A stretch of 64,000 nucleotides of DNA, from the NCBI RefSeq assembly GCF_963921235.1, contig NC_086097.1, positions 87,422,001 to 87,486,000 of the forward strand, in the 5' to 3' direction. The DNA comes from Mobula hypostoma (taxonomy: Eukaryota). Shown one piece after another: positions 1-12,350 of the stretch. The position numbers were made by a program, and so were the translations under genes. The notes beneath the pieces are model-generated. The model did no database searches. It was not told the DNA's origin and was given only the letters and a program-made list of their open reading frames with translations. Each line of letters starts with the position of its first letter. Position 1 is the stretch's first letter.

Positions 1-160
1 GACTCCGAGCCAGGGACTGGGCAAGGACCCAGTACCTGGGTCTTGCCTTGGGCTCAGACCCCAGAACCAGGCATGGACATGACATGGGCTAGAGAGAGGG
101 GGAACATGGAAAAACAGAGCCTCGGTCTCGGGAGAGCAGGTACATGGAACCATGAACACA

Positions 161-277
161 TACACAGAACACAAAGTTGGGACCCCTCCTTGGGTACAGG
201 ACATAGGGCCGGGACTCACACACAGAACAGAGAGCCGGGACCCCTCCTTGGGTACAGGACATAGGGCCAGGACTCAT
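161..277. repeat. Two tandem copies of a ~59 bp unit
   Basis: ACACAGAAC...GGGACCCCTCCTTGGGTACAGGACATAGGGCC(G/A)GGACTCA occurs twice head to tail. Confidence 0.85.
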
Positions 278-485
278 GACCCCCCGCAGGGCAACGGCAA
301 GATGGCCTGACTCACCCCACGGAGGCAAGGACAAGACAAGACCAACACAAAAGAACACCAGACAGTACTTATCTAGCTCCGGCGATAGAACTAGACCGAA
401 GTGCAGGCAAGGGCTGCAGACGAGGGCTAGAGGCGAGAGGGGCAGAGAAGGGATTCAGACAGTGGGGTAGGACAGGAATCACAGA

Positions 486-724
486 CCGCCAGGGCCAGGA
501 CTTGACTCGTAACTTGGAAGCCGCCAGGGCAAGGATTTGACTCGTAACTTGGAAGCCGCCAGGGTCAGGACTTGACTCGGAACTTGGATGCCGCCAGGAC
601 CGGGACTTGACTCAGAACTTGGATGCCACCAGGGCCGGGACTTGACTCAGTACTTGGATGCCGCCAGGGCCGGGACTTGACTTGGTGCTTGGATGCCACC
701 AGGACCAGGACTTGACTTGGAGCC
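486..724. repeat. 35 bp minisatellite, about 7 copies
   Basis: Consensus GCCGCCAGGGCCRGGACTTGACTCGKAACTTGGAW, head to tail with no spacers. Confidence 0.95.
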
Positions 725-1136
725 TCCGGGTGGTGGCGAGCTCTTGACTCGTCCCGGGAACAGTAGACAGTGGTTCTTGATTCCCTCCGGCAGATTATCT
801 GATGGACCCACCTTGGTGAGGAAACTCTGCAGGCTCGCTTTGGCGAGGTAACTTGACAGGGTTGCTCCGGTGAGGAAAGGTGTATTACTGGCACTCGCTT
901 CGGGCGGAGACAAGGCTTGTTTCGGCCAGATGACATTGGCACGCCTACCTTTGGTGACTTTGCAGACACTCTCCCACCGAACGGCTGAAAGCTGGAGACT
1001 ATAAACTACCGGTTCAGTCGAGAGTAAGTTGCCTCCAATCACCAAAGCCGAGGGACACAGGAAAACAGGAAGTCAACGGTCCGGATCGTAACATAAACAA
1101 AGTAAATTTAAAGGGATCCCGATCCAGACCATGACA

Positions 1137-2172
1137 CTGGGTGCTTCATCAGTCGCAGCTTTGTGGGAGAGTAGCAAAGAGAAAGCCACTGTTGAAAAAA
1201 ACTCACATGGATTCTTAGCTAGAGTTTGCCAGAAGGCATGTGGGAGATTCTGAAGTCATTTGGAAGTCGGTTTTATGGTCTCATTAAACCAAAATTGGGC
1301 TTTTTTGCCACCAGACCCTATGATGAAGCATTGTAGTGGCTGTATCATGCTGTGGGGATGCTTCACTGCAGCAGGTCCTGGAAGGCTTGTGAAGGTAGAG
1401 GCTAAAATGAATGCAGCACAATACAGGGAAATCCTGGAGGAAAACATGATGCAGTCTGCAAGAGAACTGCAGCTTGGGAGAAGATTTGTTTTCCAGCAAG
1501 ACAATGACCCCAAGCATAAAGACAAAGCTACACGGGAATGACTTAAAAACAATAAAGTTAATGCCCAGGAGTGGCCAAGTTAGAGTCCAGACCTCAATCC
1601 AATTGAGAATTTGTGGCTGGACTTGAAAAGGGCAGTTCACTCACGATTTGCATGCAATCTGACAGAGCACGTGGCCAAGTGGTTAAGGCGTTCGTCTGGT
1701 GATCTGAAGGTCGCTAGTTCAAGCCTCAGCTGTGGCAGCGTGTTTAGGTCCTTGAGCAAAGCACTTAACCTCTAGTGTCTGTGTGAGGAGTGGTCTGAGT
1801 CGCCATTCCTTCCCTCCCCTGCCGGAGCTTGAGCAGTTTTGTAAAGAAGAGTGGGGAAAATTGCATTGTGCAAAGCTGATAGAGACCTATCCACACAGAC
1901 GCAAGGCTGTAAATGCTGTCAAAGGTGCATCTACTAAATGCTGACTTGAAGGGGGTGAATACCTATGCAATCAATTACTTTGCATTTTGTATATGTAATT
2001 AATTTAGATTACTTTGTACAAATCTGTTTTCACTTTGACATGAAATAATCTTTTTCTGTTGATCAGTGTCAAAAAAGGCCAAACTAAATCCATTGTGATT
2101 CAATGTTGTAAAACAATAAAACATGAAAACTTCCAAGGGGCGGGGGATGGTGAATCCTTTATATAGGTACTG
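1137..2172 (+). mobile_element. Tc1-family DNA transposon, 3' part (transposase pseudogene plus right IR/DR terminus)
   Basis: Translations give GRVAKRKPLL, MLWGCF, FVFQQDNDPKH, WPS*SPDLNPIENLW and KGASTKC* (ends 1944). Inner repeat GGGGGTGAATACCTATGC at ~1951; terminus GGTGAATCCTTTATATAGGTACTG followed by TA at 2173-2174. Confidence 0.95.
1669..1824 (+). mobile_element. tRNA-derived SINE (truncated) inserted in the Tc1 transposase
   Basis: A-box TGGCCAAGTGG, B-box-like GTTCAAGCC, CORE-like GTCCTTGAGCAAAGCACTTAACC. GAGC is duplicated at 1665-1668 and 1825-1828; removing the insert restores CNLTELEQFCKEEW. Same family as the copy at ~35955-36252. Confidence 0.9.
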
Positions 2173-2224
2173 TACATAAGGTGACTCTGGCAGAAAATGT
2201 CAAAGTAGTGGTAGATGTGGGGGT

Positions 2225-2570
2225 TAGTGTGGAGTGGCGGATTAGTGGGTAGAGGTGTTGATCAGCCTTGGGGAAAGTAATTGCTTTTTGAGTCTGGTGG
2301 TCCAGGCGTGGAAGCTATGTAGCCTCCTCCCTGCTGAGTATGGGACAGTCCATTAACAGGGTGCATCTGATCTTGCATGATGTTACTGGCCCATTTCTGT
2401 GTATATGTCTTTGATGGTGGGTAGGCTGACTGCCCATTGTAGAGCCTTCCTGCTTGCAACAGTGCAATTTTCTTACCATGCAGTGATGCAGCATGTTAGG
2501 ATGCTCTCTACTGCGAATCTGTAGAAGGATGTAAGTATAGATGTGCACTATCCAGCTCTCTTCAGCCTCT
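2225..2570 (-). mobile_element. Rex1/Babar-type LINE 3' fragment, decayed
   Basis: Minus translation ILTSFYRFAVESILTCCITAW*ENC...KALQ matches the C-terminus of the Rex-type ORF at 12341-13039. Confidence 0.8.
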
Positions 2571-2574
2571 TACT

Positions 2575-2822
2575 ACCATTTTTCTTAACAACTAATTTCA
2601 TTACTTAGCCTAATAGGTTAGATTTACCACAGTACATAATTATCTATTTAAATGTTTATTTTGCTTTTATATCATCTCAATGTGTACTTAAGAATGTATA
2701 AATAATTGTAGTTTTATACATATAAAAAAATGGAAAAGGTTATATGTGTGAAAAAAGTACATGATAATTGTGAACTCCTTATCCAAATAAAAATAAAATT
2801 AAAAAAAAAAGAAAAGAAAAAG
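2575..2822 (+). mobile_element. L1-type 3' UTR with polyA signal and A-rich tail
   Basis: AT-rich tract ending AATAAAAATAAAATTAAAAAAAAAAGAAAAGAAAA. Confidence 0.55.
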
Positions 2823-2989
2823 ATGTGTTCTGGGGCCATGAGGGTCCTGATACAGATATATATTTTAGTCATATGCAAAGTGCCAGAAGACTGGATGTTG
2901 CTGCTAAGTTAACAAATTTCACATCACACGCCGGGGATGATAAACTTGATTCTGATTCTGATTCTGACATTGCTTCTTTTGTTCATGAA

Positions 2990-4690
2990 GACCAGCAGGG
3001 AAAGTCTGGGTAACTACAGGCTGCTGACCATTATGTCAATGGTAAGGAAATTACTGGAGCAACTTCTAGGGGTAATATTTATGTACAATTTCATTGAGTT
3101 TTTTGAGGTGGGAAAAGAGGAGATTAATGAAGAGAGATTAATTAATTAATTTAATTTAATTAATTAAAAATAAAGATTAATGAAGAAGATGTGGTCCATA
3201 TGGACTTCAGTAAGGCATTTCAGTAAGGTCCTGCATGTTAGGCTGGTCCAGAAGATTAAGGCACATAGGATCCAAAGTGAGCTGACTAATAGGATCAAAA
3301 ATTGGCACGATGTTGGGAGGCAGTGGGTAGAGGCAGACCGACATTGTTTTCTGAATAGATGTCTGTGACCAGTGGCGTACCAAATGGATAAGTGATGAGA
3401 TTTTCGCTGTGATATATAAATGCATGTGAAAGTTGGAGATATTAGTAAATTTGCAGATTATATGAAAATTGTAGTATTGTGGATAGTGAGGAAGTTTTGA
3501 CTTAGTCTACAACAGGATCTACAGTAGATCAGGGAAAATTAAGTGGAACATTGGCAGACGAAATTTCCTCAACCTCCTAAACCCTGAGGAGGTATTGCTC
3601 CTCAGGATGGAAGAGCAGCAATTTATATTCCGTCTGGGTAGCCTCCAACCTAATGGCATGAATATTGATTTCTCCTTCCAGTAAAATTTCTCTCCCTCTT
3701 CTTCAATTCCCAACTCTGGCCTCTTACCTCTTCTCACCCACCTATCACCTCATAGATATCTTACCTCCCCCCCTCCATGTTCATTCTAGCATATTCCTCC
3801 TTCCTTTTCAGTCCTGAAGAAGAGCCTTGGCCCGAAATGTTGACTGTTTATTCATATTCATGGATGCTGCCTGACCTGCTGAGCTCCTCCAGCATTTTGT
3901 GTGTGTGCTTTGGAGATCCAGTATCTGCACAATTTCTTGTGTAGATGAAATTTAATCCCAAGGATTACAACATAATAGATTTTAATACATTGGGGTAGGA
4001 CATAAACAAAAATGGTACAAAGAAATGTTGATGAACATGAAGACTTTTGGGACCAAGTTCATTGTTCCCTGAAGATGACAACATGGGTGGAAAGGATGAT
4101 GATGAGGACATACGACATGTTTGCCCTCATACTGTAGGTCAGGGCATAGAATATCAGGATTTGATATGTTATGTTGCAACTTTGAAAACAATGGTTTGGC
4201 CAGACTCAGAATATTGTCCACCATTTTGGTTGCCACACTATAGGAAGAATGTGATGGGATTGAAGAGATTCACCAGCATGTTGCCTGGATTGGAAGACTA
4301 ATCATAGGGAGAGAATAGACAGGCGGGGCTTGGACATGTTTTCTTGGATTGACGAGGGACCTGACTAAATTATATAAGAATATGATAGTCAAACTATTTT
4401 TCCCATATTAGGGGTATCAAAAGCAAGAGGGAAAACATTTGTGAGAGGAAGGAGATTTGAAGAAGATTTAAAGGAGATCTGAGGCCTAGGTTTTATACAC
4501 AGAGAGTGGTTGATATTGAGAATGTGCTGCCAGAGGTGGATTCAGGTACAATAACTTAGAGGCATTCAGACAGATACTTAAATAGACAAGGCAAAGAATG
4601 ATAGAGTCCCAATGCAAGCAGATGGGATAAGTGTAAATAGGCAAAAAGGTCTGCATGGATATAGAGGGCTGAAAGGCATGTTTCTATGAC
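2990..4690 (+). mobile_element. CR1 LINE, decayed RT and 3' end
   Basis: Fragments GNYRL, YMDFSKAF.KV.H.RLVQKIKAH, SKFADY, RPDSEYC.FWLPHYRK, RFTSMLPGLE; many stops and frameshifts. Confidence 0.85.
3567..3942 (+). mobile_element. Penelope-like 3' end/pLTR fragment inserted in CR1, with decayed hammerhead motif at 3810-3845
   Basis: RMEEQQFIFRLGSLQPNGMNIDFS matches the end of ORF 48871-49626. AGAYGAAATTT is duplicated at 3556-3566 and 3943-3953. Confidence 0.88.
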
Positions 4691-5721
4691 TTTAGCTAAG
4701 GTGCAATTGAGCAGGCAGTCTGGATCACGGAGTTCAGTCTTTCAGCTTCCTGCTTACAAAGTGGCTGCTCGTCCCACAGAGTTGCTGTATATTGTTAAAC
4801 TATTAAATTCATAGGCGGGAGGGGGTTGTGTATGCATGAAATAGGAATCTTTATAGATGGTACTGAACGGTGTGTTTTTGAATATTTGATTTTACCTTTT
4901 AAGTTTTAATATTTTTTTGCCCTTTTTCTTTAGGCTGTGCCCTCTTGGACTAGTCCTTTCCAGTCAGTGGTGCAGTCAAGCAGTGGGCAGAGTGAAAGTG
5001 GCAAAGAAGGTGTGGACAGGCCCATTGATCAAGGTTTTCCCATTGAGGTGATGCCAGATGAAAGATAGTAAAAGCAAGATGCTCTGTGCCATTCTGGGAA
5101 TGTTCCAGAAACCCACAGCAGGAAGCTTTACCTGTTATTTATCACAACTCTTGTGATATGCAATCTGAGGAATAACGCTAAAACAAGCAGTAAGAATGTG
5201 AGATTTGCCGCTGTTTTGTTTTGCTTCCTTGTTGTTGCTTGCGTTGTCTTACTGAACACAATACAATGGGCATGCAATGTTGACGTTAGAATGTTGGCAC
5301 TGGAATGTGTGGTACACTTGCAGGCTGCCCCCATCACATTGATAGATAATGTTGGTTGTTTCTGCAAATGATGCATTTCGCTGTATGTTTCAATGTACAT
5401 GTGATATATAATTTTGAACCTGAATCAGAATTCAGGCTCACACACATGCCTGCACTCGTTTCATACCAAAAGTTAACATTGCGGCCTGGCTTAGATTCCT
5501 TGTCACAGAACCATTCCAGCTACTAACCTCTGCCACATCACACAGATTTTAGTCTCTTGCTCCACTGGGGAGACAGCTCATTTCAATGAGCTAGTCTGAG
5601 AAGACAACATATCTGACCAATGTCTAGGCAATGAAGCAATGTATCTTACTCTAATTGCAATTGTTCTTTAAATTTACAACTCACAGGATGATGAATGTTC
5701 CCAGAAAGGATTCAAAATTGA

Positions 5722-6235
5722 CCATAAGACCATAAAATCATAAGATATAGGAGCAGAAAAAGGCAATTTGGTCCATTAAATATGCTCCACCATTCGATTG
5801 CGGCTGATTTATTTTCCTTCTCAACCCCATTCTCCTGCCTTCTTCCCATAGCTTTTGACGTCCTTATTAATCAAGAATATATCAACCTCTGCTTTAAATA
5901 CATCCAATGGCATGGCCTTCATAGCCATCTGTGTCCATGAATTCCACAGATTCCCAACCCTTCAGCTAAAGAAATTCCACCTCTTCTCTGTTCTAAAAGG
6001 ACATCCTGTTCTGAGGCTGTGCCCTCTGGTCCTGGACAACCAAAAACATCCTATCCACGTCTACTCTATCTCGGCCCTTCAATATTTGATAGATCCCCCC
6101 CGCCCTCTAGTTCTCCTAAACCCAAGCAAGTACAGGCCCTGGACTATCAAATACCCTAATGCTTTAACCATTTAATTCCCACGATCATTCTCGTAAACCT
6201 CCTCTGGACTTTCTGAAATGCAAGCACATCCTTTC
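5722..6235 (-). mobile_element. CR1 LINE 3' end
   Basis: Starts with the GACCATAA tandem tail (reverse complement of the tail at ~47290). Body is homologous to 46864-47208. Confidence 0.85.
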
Positions 6236-6512
6236 TTGTAAATAGCATAAAGTGAACTAACCACTGATCTCACTCCTTACATTTATCACCACCACTAAGA
6301 CAACCCCATATAGTTTTGGTTTGGAGGCCATCCAATGCCTGGGTTGTCCCCTTCAATTGCTGTCCTTTACATTGATGCCATATGAAAGTCAATTAAATAA
6401 ATCCTTAGCTTTCACATTCCCCACTTAAGCTTGAGAAGCAAAGGTAAAGTCATCTCTCCTGGTGCATTAATATTTATTGAATTTATTATCTGAAGGAGTT
6501 TTTGGAAAGGGG

Positions 6513-8736
6513 AAGCGACAACTCGCGGATACCTCCTCTTATTTACCCTTCGATCATCACCCCACTAAGGAGCACCAGGCCATTGTCTCCCACACCATCA
6601 CCAACTTTATCAGCTCAGGGGATCTCCCATCCACTGCTACTAACCTTATAGTTCCCACATCCCGCACTTCCCGTTTCTACCTCCTACCCAGGATCCTCAA
6701 GCCTGCCTGTCCAGGTAGACCCATTGTCTCAGCTTGCTCCTACCCCACCGAACTCATTTCTGCATACCTCAACACTATTTTATTCCCCCTTGTTTAATCC
6801 CTTCCCACCTATGTTAGTGACACTTCTCACACTCTGAATTTTTTCAATGATTTTAAGTTCCCTGGCCCCCACCGCTTTATTTTCACCATGGATGTCCAGT
6901 CCCTATATACCTCCATCCCCCACCAGGAAGGTCTCAAAGGTCTCCACTTCTTTTTGGATTCCAGACCTAACCAGTTCCCCTCTACCGCCACTCTCCTCCA
7001 TCTAGCGGAATTAGTCCTTACTCTTAATAATTTCTCCTTTGGCTCCTCCCACTTCCTCCAAACTAAAGGTGTAGCTATGGGCACCCGTATGGGTCCCAGC
7101 TATGCCTGCCTTTTTGTTGGCTTTGTGGAACAATCCATGTTCCAAGCCTATACTGGTATCTGTCCCCCACTTTTCCTTCGCTACATCAACAACTGCATTG
7201 GCGCTGCTTCCTGCATGCACGCTGAGCTCATTGGCTTTATTAATTTTGCCTCCAACTTTCACCCTGCCCTCAAGTTTACCTGGTCCATTTCCGACACCTC
7301 CCTCCACTTTCTTGATCTTTCTGTCTCTACCTCTGGAGACAGTTTATCTACTGATGTCTACTATAAGCCTACTGACTCTCACAGCTATCTGGACTACTCC
7401 TCTTCTCACCCTGTCTCTTGCAAAAATGCCATCCCCTTCTCACACTTCCTCCATTTCCACCACATCTGCTCTCAGGATGAGGCTTTTCATTCCAGGACGA
7501 AGGAGATGTCTTTCTTTTTAAAGAAAGAGGCTTCCCTTCCTCCACCATCAACTCTGCTCTCAAGCGCATCTCTCCCAGTTCACGCACATCTGCTCTCACC
7601 CCGTCCTCCCGCCAACCCACTAGGAATAGGGTTCCCCTTGTCCTCACCTACCACCCCACCAGCCTCCGGGTCCAACATATAATTCTTCGTAACTTCTGCC
7701 ACCTCCAACGGGATCCCACCACCAAGCGCATCTTTCCCTCCCCCCCTTTCTGCTTTCCACAGGGATCACTCCCTACGCGAATCCCTTGTCCATTCGTTCC
7801 CCCCACCCCCCCATTCCTTCCCACCGATCTCCCTCCCGGCACTTTTCCTAGTAAGCGGAACAAGTGCTACACATGCCCTTACACTTCCTCCCTCACCACC
7901 ATTCAGGGCCCCAGACAGTCCTTCCAGGTGAGGCAACACTTCACCTGTGAGTCGGCTAGTGTGATATACTGCGTTCGGTGCTCCCGGTGCGGCCTTCTAA
8001 ATATTGGCAAGACCCAACGCAGGCTGGGAGACCGTTTCACTGAACACCTATGCTCTGTCCACCAGAGAAAGCAGGATCTCCCAGTGGCCACACATTTTAA
8101 TTCCATGTCCCATTCCCATTCTGATATGTCTATCCACAGCCTCCTCTACTGTCAAGATGAAGCCACACTCAGGTTGGAGGAACAACACCCTATATTCCAT
8201 CGGGTAGCCTCCAACCTGATGGCATGAACATTGACTTCTCTAACTTCCGTTATTGCCCCACCTCCCCTTCATACCGCATCCCTTATTTATTTATTTATTT
8301 ATTTATTAGTTTTTATTCCCTTTTTTTCCTCTCTCTCTCTTTTTTCTCCTCTCTCTCTTTTTTCTCCCTCTGTCCCTCTCACTACTTGCCTGCTCTCCAT
8401 CCTCTGGGATCCCCCACCCCTTTCTTTCTCCCTAGGCTTCCCGTCCATTGATCCTCTCCCTTCTCCAGCCTTGTATCCCTTTTGCCAATCAGTTTTCCAG
8501 CTCTTAGCTCCATCCCTCCCCCTCCTGTCTTCTCCTATCATTTTGAATCTCCCCCTCCCCCTCCCACTTTCAAATCTCTCACTAACTCTTCCTTCAGTTA
8601 GTCCTGACAAAGGGTCTCGGCCCAAAACATCAACTGTACCTCTTCCTATAGATGCTGTCTGACCTGCTGTGTACACCAGCAATTTTTGTGTGTGTTGCTT
8701 GAATTTCCAGCATCTGCAGATTTCCTTGTGTTTGAG
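6513..8736 (+). mobile_element. Penelope-like retroelement (Neptune-type), 5'-truncated, RT plus GIY-YIG plus pLTR; pseudogenised
   Basis: PGRPIVS, TMDVQSLYTSIP, QTKGVAMGTRMGPSYA, LRYINNC (YIDD decayed), FLDL, YYKPTD; GIY-YIG as VIYCVRCSRCGLLNIGKT...RFTEH. Contains stops and frameshifts. Confidence 0.95.
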
Positions 8737-10911
8737 AGTTTAACATCTGTCAGACCTCTGATAGCATACACAAATAACATCCCAATGGCTAATTGGCTCT
8801 GGAATCAGCTTTAATCTTATTAACTTCAATTGTTATAAATATTGCAACTGAATGGAATAGTCATGCATCTTTTTATCGCTTTTACATCCATTTACTCATA
8901 GCAAGGAAATCAGATATCAGATCGATATCAATGGAAATGCCATGTAGAAAACAATTATTCACCTTCGAAGTCAGTGAAAAAAAAGAAATCCCTTCTTAAC
9001 TATGATAGATCCGTTTTTAGAAAACTTTATGAAGATAGTTCCCTTTCAATATTTCAAATTTACTCCTGTAGTTACAGCAGGACCTGGGGTCCTATTGGCA
9101 ATTAAAAGAAGCAGACTTCCTTCTGACCCAATATCTTCGAATTGATTCAGGAGAAACTAGAGTTTTGCTTCACTCCTCCTAATGGGTATGAAAATTAGGA
9201 ACATAAAGGCAAAAAGGATCTGGAGCTTTCCCAGCGTACATGACAAATAAACTCTTTTCGGGCTTCCAGACTGGTGGAAGCCCAAGAAGAGTGTATTCAA
9301 TGTAGAGGCATGTCTACAGAGTCAGTGCGTGAAGCAGAATATTTGCGATGAGGCAGTCTGTCAAGACCTCATGGAGACAGGAGTCAATGCTCTTACTGCC
9401 GCATTATTGTTGAAGAGCTGGGAGTTAGTGTTGCAGCCGATTACACTGGTACCAGCTGTCCTCACCTGTTTCCACATGGGATTAGCTCACAGTGAATCCT
9501 CTATTTTCTTCACTTACAAAGAGCAAAGCCTTGGGAAATGACCATTCCAGCAGCCCAGGCCTGAGTCATCAATCATTGCCTGAGTTCTCAAAGAAACATT
9601 TGTCACATATTATTCTTCCATACTTGTTTCTCTGCATATCTCTGTGTAATGATTTGCCTCATTACCTTCGTCTCATTGCTGCTATTTCTTCTGTTGTTAT
9701 TTGCTAGTCAAGTGGATGTAAGAAATATGGGCCTAAGACCCTGACAGCAGTGAAATAAAAGAGATCTCTTTCTGACTCAACTGTTCTGATTACCTCAGGA
9801 GAAGAGGTCACCAGCACATGCATCCAGATACCAAGCTAGAAGATCCAAAGCCTGGCTACCCAAACTACTGGACGTGACATGGCTACCTATGACAGGGTCA
9901 GACTGGGTCAGGCATTAGTCAATTACTTCCTCTTGCTGGGTTCCGGAAGGTTCTGAATGGCCCATAATAAATAAATGCACTAAAGCTCATTACTGCCTGA
10001 ATAAATTCAATAATATATGTATAAGGCTCCCAAGACTAGTGGATGGAACTTGACCACGTGTTGGGGTTTGTTCAAGTATTAAAAAAAGAAATACTGATTT
10101 CAATTTCAGGTTAGCCTCAGCCAGCTTGGGCTCAGGTTAGATTTTGTGTTTGTTCTATTTTTAAGGCTCAATGGCTGAATGACCTAATTCTGCTCCTATG
10201 TCGTATAGTCTTATGATCAAGCCTCCATTTCTATAGCCACTTTCAAGCCTGTGATAAGCATTATAGTGAATGAAGTGCTGTCACTGTCAACATGTTGGAA
10301 ATGCAGCTGCCAATTTTTGAGTAGTAGGTTTCTACATAATGAAATCTGTCTCTTTTGACAGCAAGGCAGGGCAAATAATTTTTCAGACAAGGTGTTTTCT
10401 GGTTATTCAATTCATAGGATGCATGCCCTCTCCTTATTGTCCCATCAGGAAGGAAGTACAGAAGCCTGAAGGCACATGCTCAGTGATTCAGGAACAGCTT
10501 TTTTCGCAGGTTTAATAAATGATCCAAAATTTGGCTGCCAACAGATGTGGATCGGGTAAATGGAATCCTGTGTTCAATTGACTGATTTGCAGCATGTGCC
10601 CTGCTCCTTTGTTGAAAGAGACTGAGTTCTATTGACAAGATTATTAATAGTGCTTATAGTTGGGATCATGTGCATTTCCTACAGTTGTAAAAATTGTAGT
10701 TCATAAGGCTGGGAAAATAGAATTACTTTTGTTTCCATGGCTCTACATGAATTGGAGAAGGATATAAACCTATGTGAGAATCGGAGAGCTCATTATACAA
10801 CAGTATTCTTGATGGAGTCTTAGATGCCAAAAACAGGTAACAGGAATCAAATTGCATGTGCTGCGACTATTTTTTTCTGATTCATTTCTCAAATGAATCA
10901 GAACGCACTGG

Positions 10912-12350
10912 TGTTGAACACACTGGAGAAGTCAAAAAACATGACCCTCACAGTGCTCGCTGGCTTGTCCAGGTGGACGTAGACACGGTTCAGCAGGTAG
11001 ACGATGGCATCCTGAACTCCCAGTCGGGGCTGGTAGGCGAACTGGAGGGGATCTAAGTGTGGCCTGACCATAGGCCGGAGCAGCTCCAGAACAAGTCTCT
11101 CCAGGGTCTTCATGATGTGGGAGGTCAATGCCACTGGTCTGTAGTCATTGAGGTCGCTGGGGCGCGGTGTCTTCGGCACCGGGACAAGGCAGGATGTCTT
11201 CCACAATACAGGAACCCACCAGAGCCTCAGGATAAGGTTGAATACATTGTGAAGTACTCCACATAGCTGAGGGGCACAGGCTTTGAGCACCCTGGTACAG
11301 ACACCATCCGGTCCTGCCGCCTTGCTGGGGTTGAGACGTTTCAGCTGTCTTCTTCACCTGTAGAGCTGTGAAGCCCACTGTAGTGGTTTCGTGTGGAGAA
11401 GGGGTATAGTCTTGAGAGCAGGGTGGGGGCCTGTGAGGAGGGGTAGGAGGGGAGAGTGGAATATGTGTTGGTTGGGGGCCGACAACAGATGGCTCATGCG
11501 TGGGATGGGCAGGGGCCACAATGTCAAATCTGTTAAAGAACAGGTTAAGTTCATTGGCCCTGTCCACACTGCCTTCAGCTCCTCTGTTGCTAGTTTGCCG
11601 GAACCCAGTGATGATCCCCATTCCCCTCCAGACCTCTCTCATGTTGTTCTGCTGGAGTTTCCACTCAAGCTTCCTCCTGTACCTGTTTTTAGCCTCCCTG
11701 ATCCTGGCTTTCAGGTCCCTCTGTATTGCCCTCAGCTCCTCTCTATTTCCATTTCTAAACGCCCTCTTTTTAGCATTCAGGATGTCCTTAATGTCCTTTG
11801 TCACCTATGGCTTGTTATTTGCATAACAAAGGACAGTTCTTGTCAGAACATTGCAGTCCACACAGAAGTTGATGTAATCAGTGATGCATTCTGTGAGCCG
11901 ATCAATATCCTCTCCATGTGGCTCACAGAGTGCCTGCCAGTCTGTCACCTCAAAACAACCCTGGAGCGCCTCATAAGCCTCCTCTGACCATTTCCTCACT
12001 GTCCTCGAGGTTACAGGTTTACTCTTCACCAGAGGCACGTAGCAGGGTTTTAGATGCACCAGGTTGTGATCTGACCTTCCCAGTGGGGGGAGGGGAGAGG
12101 AGCTGTATGCATGCTTAATGTTAGCGTACATCAAATCCAGAGCCCTCTCCCCTCTGGTTGTACAGCTCACATACTGCGTGAAGTTGGGCAGTGTTCTAGC
12201 CATGGTAACATGGTTGAAGTAACCCGAGATGGTAATGAGGGCACTCAGGTGCTGAGTTTGTAATCTGGCTATGACGGTGTAAATGATGTTACACACCAAC
12301 GTCGAGTTGGCAGAGGGAGGGATGTACACAACAACCACAATTGCATGCGA
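10912..12350 (-). mobile_element. Rex1/Babar LINE fragment (end of APE endonuclease to first half of RT)
   Basis: VYIPPS, GYFNH, LDLMY, LGRSDHNLV; LNDYRPVALTSHIMKTLER, DPLQFAY, FFDFSSVFNT. Nearly identical to 45213-45650 where they overlap. Confidence 0.93.

Larger units (their letters stand above)
1..1136 (-). mobile_element. End of an LTR-like element with internal minisatellites, abutting/interrupting the Tc1 transposase; runs off the window start
   Basis: Minus strand begins TGTCATGGTCTGGATC at 1136, with a similar TGTTACGATCCGGACC start at 1093. Tc1 coding sequence begins abruptly at 1137. No enzyme domain is visible, so the class is inferred only from the TG terminus. Confidence 0.45.

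Noticed and set aside
486..724. CRISPR-like 35 bp repeats
   Set aside because: Units are contiguous with no unique spacers and no cas genes, in a eukaryotic context; this is a minisatellite.
1669..1740. tRNA gene
   Set aside because: It has A/B boxes but no closing acceptor stem, and it continues into a SINE body shared with 35955-36252.
8231..8682. Hydrophobic or charged ORFs (also 18815-19189, 49613-50095, start of 53703-54230)
   Set aside because: Read-through of the pyrimidine-rich Penelope pLTR, repeated in several copies.
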